From contig NC_043001.1 of assembly GCF_006345805.1 (NCBI RefSeq), forward strand, positions 129,270,001 to 129,334,000: DNA of 64,000 nucleotides. Reading direction: 5' to 3'. Source of the stretch: Octopus sinensis (lineage: Eukaryota). The notes beneath the pieces were generated by a model. It saw only the letters and a program-made list of their open reading frames with translations. It was not told the DNA's origin and did no database searches. Every line of letters begins with the position of its first letter. Positions within the stretch are counted from its first letter, which is position 1. Position numbers and translations under genes: made by a program. Below, piece by piece: positions 55,592 to 64,000 of this stretch.

Positions 55592-55880
55592 AGAGTGGTA
55601 TGGTACTGCAGTGTTCATCCTGAGAAAGTCCCTCATGTAGACTTTTAGTGCATAGAAGCTCAGAGACATTAGTAGCAGACAAATGTTTAGCATCCAATAG
55701 TGGAAATACTATATCACGTAATTTTTGACTGCTGATGAGGTGTAAAACATGCCAAAATTACGTGATACAGTAGTCCAACTGCTGTTGCTGGATATTTCTT
55801 GTCTGCTACTGACATTTATGTGCTTTTATGCACTATATGAGAGACTTTCTCGGGATTAATTCAGCAGTATCATGGTGCTC
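55592..55880. repeat. Degenerate long inverted repeat centred on ctgatgaggtgtaaaacatgccaaaa
   Basis: Arm pairs: gagaaagtccctcat/atgagagactttctc, gtagcagacaa/ttgtctgctac and tatcacgtaatttt/aaaattacgtgata. Confidence 0.8.
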
Positions 55881-55923
55881 TCATAATACGTTCACATTAA
55901 GTAGAGTACAGAGACTGCCATAC

Positions 55924-55955
<32 letters not shown>

Positions 55956-55968
55956 ACATGCACATATA

Positions 55969-56178
55969 TGAAGGGGTGGTGTAAAGTTCCTGGCTTTCGG
56001 TAAAAGAAAATACAGGAAGATCAGTTAATTATGATTTTATTCAACAGACTACCTCTTAGATTCACATACTTATTGCAGTAATCTTTCAGATTTTCTAAGC
56101 CCTGTAAAAAAACTCAGAAGGTTGGGCCTCAAACAGGCCTTTCAGGATACACATAAAGCCAAGAACTTTTCAGCACTC

Positions 56179-56179
<1 letters not shown>
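55969..56179 (+). mobile_element. Mariner-type MITE
   Basis: TA-flanked; imperfect inverted termini ..aaagttcctggcttt / aaagccaagaactttt... Confidence 0.7.
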
Positions 56180-56237
<58 letters not shown>

Positions 56238-56242
56238 TATAT

Positions 56243-56417
56243 AAAATTGTAAGTATATGAAAGAATGGAGTTGAACGACTAGTTAACAAATATCCTTTAT
56301 TCTCGACATATGTTTCGAAGGCTGCATATTCCTAATTCCGAAGGAAACATATGTCGAGAATAAAGGATATTTGTTAACTAGTCGTTCAACTCCATTCTTT
56401 CATATACTTACAATTTT
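56243..56417. repeat. Perfect inverted repeat, 74 bp arms, 27 nt spacer
   Basis: 56243-56316 is the exact reverse complement of 56344-56417. Confidence 0.97.
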
Positions 56418-57692
56418 AAAATAAACATACAAATTTCCGCATGAAGACACGTAGTCTATGCCCTAGGGACGTAGCTTCAACAGTGTTCTTTCTGATGTGA
56501 ATTTGCTACCCAGGTATCGGTTATCTTTCGAATTATCCTTAATAAGATAATTCATTCAATTACTCAAATATATATATATATATATATTTATATATAAACA
56601 CATGCAAACACACAGAGAGGGTTTAACCCAAATTGTGGAAATTCTTCAGTCCATTTCAAAACACAGTAGATATTCAATTGAAACTTTTGTTATCTCCTCT
56701 TCATTTACATTTTATTACAGGCTCCTGACACCAGGTGTCTCTCTCAACTTCCCACTTCCCACTATAATCTCTCATTTACTTTGATTCCTTTTCATGAAAT
56801 TTTCATCAGGAAAAAGACTGAAATGTTAAATTCTTCACTTCAATGGTGATCAGACTTATCCTCATAGGAAACATACATAAGATTCGAGGAGGACATACAA
56901 AATTATTCAGGGAATATTTGAGTTTCTGGCTTGGCTGAGCTTTAACTGGATACTGAATAAGAGAGCTTTGCATGCCTGAGATGGAGCTGCGAATGTATAA
57001 CCTGATTTTGTTTTATAATAAATGGGCATAGAAAATATTGTAACATTGCATTTTAACTGAAACATTTTATTAAGATAAAGCTATGAAATTAGATGTTTAT
57101 AATAAACAACAGAATAAACATTTCCGTCAATTATCTCTCACATATAACACACTCTACTTAAAGAACAATGTTTCGACACACATTTGAAATTATGGACAAC
57201 ATTATACAGTTCAGATTCAATTAATTGCCTTTGTTTCTTCAATTTTCTTGTTTCATTTTATTTTTCTTTCACTTGTTTATTTCTTTTATGATGTATTTTT
57301 CTTGTTTTATATAACTAATATGATGTAAAAGGCTGACAATATTTTCTTGTCGAACCTGTAAGCCGAGTGAGGAGAAAATTGATGAGGTGTTTGCATATCC
57401 CAATGGACTTTTGCTTTGTTGTCTTTTTAATGATTCTTTGCTAACTGGAATTCTATCATCTTTAACTGAAGATTGCCTAATTGAAGACATTATATTTCTT
57501 CAAAATGTTTAATCAAAAATATCATACAAGAAACTATAGCCACGTGGTTAAATAGTTTGCTTTATAACTACATAGTTCAAAGTATCACTCCACTGTGTGA
57601 TGACTGGGGCAAGTAGCTTCTGCTAAGGTCTGAAGTCACCTTAATATCTTGTGAATAGAATTTAGTAGAAGAAAACTGTGTTGAAACTCACT

Positions 57693-58567
57693 CCTGGCAT
57701 TTGTTAACTTGGAGCAGGTACCACATTCAGATTTGGGGTGGTTACTAAGGAAACTAAGTGTAGACAAATGGCTTGTGAGTGCTGTACAAGCAGTGGCAGA
57801 GTGGGTCTAAAAGTATTGGTTGCCAGGAGACTAAGGGAGCCCACCCATAACTACAGTGCTATCATTTAATTTTTTTTGTTAAAAGTATTCAACTATATAC
57901 AAACATAGCCAGGCTGAAATAATTAATGCATTCTTCTGGGAGTGAATAAAAATTTCTCAAACTTAGAGATTAACATGGGCCCCCACATATGGATTCTAAT
58001 GGTGCAGGGGCCCACTTGCCATCAGGCAAACTGGCAACCTGGCCAGTCCACCACTGTGTACAAACCACGTACAAAAATCCAGTAAGTGGTCCACAATGAT
58101 TTCAGTGATGAATTTGATGTGAAGGTAGATATTCATCAAGGTTCACTCCTCAGTTCTCTCCAATTCATAATTCTCTAACAGGTAACCACATAGGGTTTTT
58201 AGACAGGCAGTGCCAGGTTGTTTCCATATGCTAAAAGTTCAGCTCCCATAGCTGAATCTAAAGAGGAACTAGAAAGAAAATACCAGGCATAAAAGTTGAA
58301 CTTAGAAAAGAGTGGCCTCAAGACAAAAAATTTAGGGAGTAGGAAAGAAGATAAAACCCTGGTATCTTCAGAGAAATGGCCTTCCTGAATATGAAGAGCT
58401 CCTAACGCCAATCACTCTATAAAGTAGTTAGTTAGGAAGGGAATCCAGCCATAGAAACCAAACATGAAAAAACAAAGCCTGTGTGGCCTCTGGCCTTACC
58501 AGCTCCTGCAACACCATCCAACCCATGCCAACATGGAAAATGGATGTTAAATGATGATGATGATGAT
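57693..58567 (+). pseudogene. Old internally deleted RTE fragment (RT region joined to the 3' tail)
   Basis: LAFVNLE..WLLRKLSVDKWLVSAVQ and FSDEFDVKVDIHQGSLLS align with the 28974 ORF; ends in the RTE tail plus (TGA)n. Confidence 0.75.
57791..58056. mobile_element. hAT-type MITE inserted in the RTE fragment
   Basis: cagtgg..ccactg termini; 8 bp target duplication tgtacaag (57783-57790) / tgtacaaa (58057-58064). Confidence 0.8.
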
Positions 58568-59149
58568 ACATATATATGTACATGTGTATGTGTATCCAAA
58601 TGTAAGGTGTTGCACTAAAAAGTAAATCAGATAATCAATAAATGAAAATGTAAGAGACTGAAATTAATGCTGGTCCCAGAATGATTGACCAAAATCTTTG
58701 AAGCCAGTGCCCTAGCATAGTTACAGTCCGACGAGTCAAATAAGCAATAAAAGATTAAGATACTTTCATGCTAACACTGATAATAATATCACAGAGTTCG
58801 CAGTAGGCCTCACATTATAAAGGATACAACTTTCGTTAGTGTGGCTGTGCTACTAATAGGAAAATACAAAGGGTTTACAATCAAACTAGAGAGCCCTCTC
58901 TATAGTCCCTAACTGGGCAAGAAATAACAGCCAAATGTCCCACATATCACAACCTCTAGTTTTAAATAAAGAAAGAACATATTGGGTAGTGTAGTTCTAG
59001 ATACCTTTAAAACGGCAAATTATCACAATTGGAATACCTTTGAGCATAGGTCAACTTCATTAGAGCTAGTTTGGGGTTGAATAACAATAATAACAGCAAA
59101 AACAACATACAATCAAATAATCTTCTGTCTGTATTCAAATGAGTATTAA

Positions 59150-59705
59150 CTTCCAAAATAATGGTTTCAAATTTTGGTACAAAGCAAGGAATTTTAGGAG
59201 AATGGGCAAAGTTGATTACATCAACCCCAGTGCTCAACTGGTACTTATTTTATTGACCCTAAAACAGTGGTTCTTAATGATATTTTATCTATGGGCCCCT
59301 TTGATTTCTGTTTTATTCTAGTAGACCCCTATAGCCATTCAGTATTTAGAAAGTAGTTTTCTAGGGGACTTCTTGCAAAGTTCCTATCTTGTTTATCATA
59401 CATTTCCTTGTGTAGGCTGAACTAAGTAAAATATCAGAAAGAAACCTACCTGTTTCCTACAATAAATATATCTGAAGCAAAAGTTTTTCATGGACCCATA
59501 AAATATCGCTGTGGATCCAATGTACTATTTTCATTGTATGGATACCCTCAAATCTTATATGGACTCCAAAGGATTATATGGACACCGATTGAGAGCCAGC
59601 ACTCTAAAGGATGAAAGCCAAGTCAACCTCAGCAGAATTTGAACTCAGAATGCTGCTAAGCATTTTGCCTGAGACACTAATGATTTTGCCAACTTGCCAC
59701 CTAGT
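59150..59705 (-). mobile_element. SINE family B split by a hAT-type MITE (59265-59601)
   Basis: SINE halves flank cagtggttctt..ttgagagccagca; imperfect 8 bp duplication ccctaaaa/ctctaaag. Confidence 0.65.
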
Positions 59706-59714
59706 CATCTTCTA

Positions 59715-59749
<35 letters not shown>

Positions 59750-60054
59750 ATAATAATAATGATGATGATGATGATGATGATGATAGTAATAATAATGATA
59801 AAAAAATAATAGAAAAAATAATGATTTCAAACATATACAAAGCCACAAACTTTAGGAGACACAATAACAGATCAAATTGGCCCCAATACTTAACTGATAT
59901 TTATTTAATTGACCCCCCACTACTCCAACCACAGAAAAATATAAAGCAAAGTTGACTTGATAGGATTTGAACATTGGAAAATAATGGGTCCTAACTAAAA
60001 ACAAGAGTATTTTGTCCATGGATCTGTTATTAGAGGCATTCAATTTAACAATTT

Positions 60055-60112
60055 AATGACATTTCAAGTAATAATAATAATAATAATAACAATAATAATG
60101 ATGATAATAATA

Positions 60113-60209
<97 letters not shown>

Positions 60210-60391
60210 TAATAATAATAATAATAATGATAATAATAATAATAATAATAATATAATAATAATAGTAATAAATATTAACGAAACTATGCATACATGATAA
60301 ATTTAAGATTCTGATTGGTTGATAAAAATTATAATAAAATTTTAAAAATCATTTTAGCTAACCATACATGCACATACATACATACACACAC

Positions 60392-60424
<33 letters not shown>

Positions 60425-60426
60425 AT

Positions 60427-60468
<42 letters not shown>

Positions 60469-60979
60469 ATATATGTATGTATATATGTATGTATATATAT
60501 ATATACACATATGTATGTGTGTATATATTATATATATATAAGTGTGTGTGTGTGTATATGTGCTAGTATAAATAATTTAAATAATTTAATAATGCTTAGA
60601 ATAATTAAAAGGAAAAAAACCCGGTATGAATGAAACATTTAAGCTTCTGATTGGATGATAAAAATTATACTAAATTTTTTAAAATATCATTTTGGCTAAA
60701 TATATATATGTATATATGCATCACTGTATGTATGTCTGTGTATCTGTGTCAGTATATATTTTACACACATATATATATGCACATGTGTGTGTGTGCATGT
60801 ATGCATGCATGTTTATATGCATGTATGTGTGCATATACATATAGCTATATGAGTGTGTGTGTATATATATATGCATATTCATATACTTGTATGTGTGCAT
60901 ATACATATACATATATATGTGTGTATGTTTGCATGTATGCATATATATATGTATATATATATATGTATATATATATATG

Positions 60980-61041
<62 letters not shown>

Positions 61042-61050
61042 ATGTATATA
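60055..61050. repeat. (AAT)n then compound (TA)n/(TG)n microsatellites
   Basis: Directly visible. Confidence 0.95.
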
Positions 61051-61380
61051 TAATTCACAAGTGAATTCTGGCCAAGATTAGGATGATAGCCTACTAGCCA
61101 AAGATTTAGCAATTCCTATCCTTAGCACTGGTGCTGTGCTGTGTCCATGGGAATTAACTTAACAGTGAATAAGGACCAAGTGAAAATAAGGCTTCCTATC
61201 ACTCTAAACTGTGTGGTGGAGATGGGGTAGAAGAATGGGATATGGGGTGTCTATATAATTGATGAGTGTCAGTTCTTCAGCTTTCTACAACTGAGTTCAA
61301 ATCCTCATGTGGGGTAAGAAGAAAATTAAAAACAAATGGAAAGTATCAAACAAACAAGGCTTATAATAGACTGGCAACCT

Positions 61381-61438
<58 letters not shown>

Positions 61439-61569
61439 GAGAGAGATGTTAGAACTATTTAACACTTTGAAGACCATCATAACTACCATCTATGCCAGCA
61501 CCAATATTGTGATCATCTGTATTGTTGCTACCACCATTGCTGCTGCCATCATCTTCACCATCAATGCCA

Positions 61570-62553
61570 TAATACCACTGAGGCCACGATGATGACCACC
61601 ACCACCACCACAACCACGACGATGACGACGACGACGACGACCACCACCACAACCACCACAACCACCACCACCACAACCACCACCACCACCACAACCACCA
61701 CCACCACCACCACAACCACCACCACAACCACCACCACAACCACCACCACGACAACGACGACGACGACGACCACCACCACCACCACCACCACCACCACCAC
61801 AACCACCACCACAACCACCACCACGACAACGACGACGACGACGATGACCACCACCACCACCACCACCACCACAACCACCACCACAACCACCACCACCACA
61901 ACCACTACCACAACCACGACCACGACCACGACCACTACCACAACCAACACCACCACCAACACCATCATCAATATTTTATCCATACAAATCACTACCTTCC
62001 ATACTGCCACTATCATTCATACAACCACCACCACCACCACCACCACCACCGATACTATCATCTATAACAGCTCAACAACACATACATCAATACCACCGCC
62101 ACTACCACTACCACCGCCACCGCCACCACCTCCACTTACCATCCATCCCATAGCCATTGTCAACATCACCACCATCACCACCATCCATATTGTCACAATT
62201 ACAAACATCACCACCACCTTCATCATCCATTCCATCACTGTCACCATCACCACCATCTGTATCATCTATACAACCCTATCGCCACTACCATCACCACCAC
62301 CACTACCACCACCACTACCACTATACACACCAACACATCACCACTATCACCATCATCATTACCATCATCCTTATTAGGTAAACCATAAGATGTCATGGTG
62401 TTCTACAGCTTATTTTCGAAGCCATGAATATTTCACATTATTATTATTATTATTATCATTATTTTTATTATTATTATTATTATTATTATCATTATTTTTA
62501 TTATTATTATTATCATTATTATTATATTATTATTATTATTATTACTATCATTA

Positions 62554-62587
<34 letters not shown>

Positions 62588-62591
62588 CATT

Positions 62592-62653
<62 letters not shown>

Positions 62654-62709
62654 CCTTATTTTTATTATTATTATTATTATTATCATTGTTTTTATTATTA
62701 TTATTATCA

Positions 62710-62805
<96 letters not shown>
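61570..62805. repeat. (ACC/ACA/ACG)n array followed by an (ATT)n array
   Basis: Directly visible; the source of the poly-Thr/Val/Trp/Tyr/Ile ORFs. Confidence 0.95.
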
Positions 62806-62806
<1 letters not shown>

Positions 62807-63011
62807 TATTGCTGAAAAGAAACCAACTAAATAGTAAAAAAATAAGGAAAAAAACAATAATACACAAAAAACCCCCCCAACAAAATCTAATGATGGATGT
62901 AATGCCAAGGAAGAGGAGAAGAAAAAGATGTGAATGACAATGCAAAGTGGCACAGTTGTGTATTGTGTAATGACCATTAATACTGCTACAACAACTGCCA
63001 CCACCACCACC

Positions 63012-63043
<32 letters not shown>

Positions 63044-64000
63044 CAACAACAAAAACAACAACAGCAACAACTACTACTAATAATGATAGCCACAAACAAT
63101 GCAAACCAAGAAAGAACACCCTAAATGTTTTTAAAAAACATATTGAAAATAATGACCACTGCTACTACAACTATAACCACCACCACCATCACCACCACCA
63201 ACAACAACAACGCTAATAGGAATAATAATAATTAGCAGGACCTGTGGAAATGCTGCATTTTCTAAGGTGTTCTTATTTCTATGTTGATGCTTAAATTTGA
63301 GGATCTTCATACTATCATTTCATTATGTTAAAGACTACAATTATCCTTACATTTTCATTCAGTAGTTAACACTGTTTAAAGTGTAACACATGAATTCATT
63401 TCCTTATATTAAAAATTTTGATTATGTGTACAAGTTCATTCCATTGTTAGCATTGAGAGAAATCTAGTGAATCTGCCACATGCAAGGTAATTGCCATTGG
63501 TGTATATGAAGAAATAACTGATCCTCAGGCATTTTCCAGTAACTCGTCCAAGAACTTAGACTGCATTCCTTGGTTGACCAGGTTCCAAACCCAGGGTCAA
63601 TCTGATCAGATTGACATTCTCAAGCTCCAGTGAGGCATGTGAATATCATTTAACTTCTGGAAAGGTAGGTGTGAAATAGAATTATCTTTTGATCATGTTC
63701 TGGTTTACCACCTGATGTATGCCTAAAGCTACATGCTGTAGCTTCCTTGAATGGTGACTTAACACTAAATGAGAATTTTAGCCTATGTGATAGTGGATGA
63801 ATACGGAACTTTGTTAAGTTTAGTGAAAAATGGAAAAGATGTACCAGCTGGTGTGAGGACAGTGAACTCGCATCAGGCAGAAATGAAAAGCTCCAAGCAA
63901 CAAAACATGAACAATCCACCATGCCCTATATAATAATATAATATAATGAAATTATTGTATACAGTGCTCAGGTGCACCACAACTTGTCAGAGTATATGCA

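Noticed and set aside
61589-62377. 262 aa poly-Thr mucin-like ORF, and the overlapping poly-Val and poly-Trp ORFs
   Set aside because: It is a trinucleotide microsatellite open in several frames on both strands, with no splice signals or non-repetitive domain.

Overview
AT-rich, microsatellite-dense eukaryotic DNA. The repeat repertoire (tRNA-derived SINEs, RTE/CR1/R4-type LINEs, Penelope termini, TTAA MITEs) resembles what I know of octopus genomes; the taxon is an inference. I recognise no host gene. Best-supported features: a complete but disrupted Tc1 element (7773-9024), a 5'-truncated RTE LINE (28974-33722) whose 3' region has expanded into a ~2.5 kb nested tandem array, several SINE families, hAT/piggyBac/mariner MITEs and REL-endonuclease LINE fragments. 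Observations worth follow-up: minimal hammerhead-ribozyme motifs in Penelope-type termini, including one with an intact core at 28835-28876 (-); a 6 x ~127 bp array in which every unit carries a degenerate hammerhead-like junction; several long near-perfect hairpins; a near-identical 723 bp tandem duplication; and a speculative phase-consistent chain of small minus-strand exons including an 18 nt microexon candidate. Most ORFs in the supplied track are microsatellite translations. SINE family letters A-E are my own labels, and the boundaries of decayed repeats are approximate.
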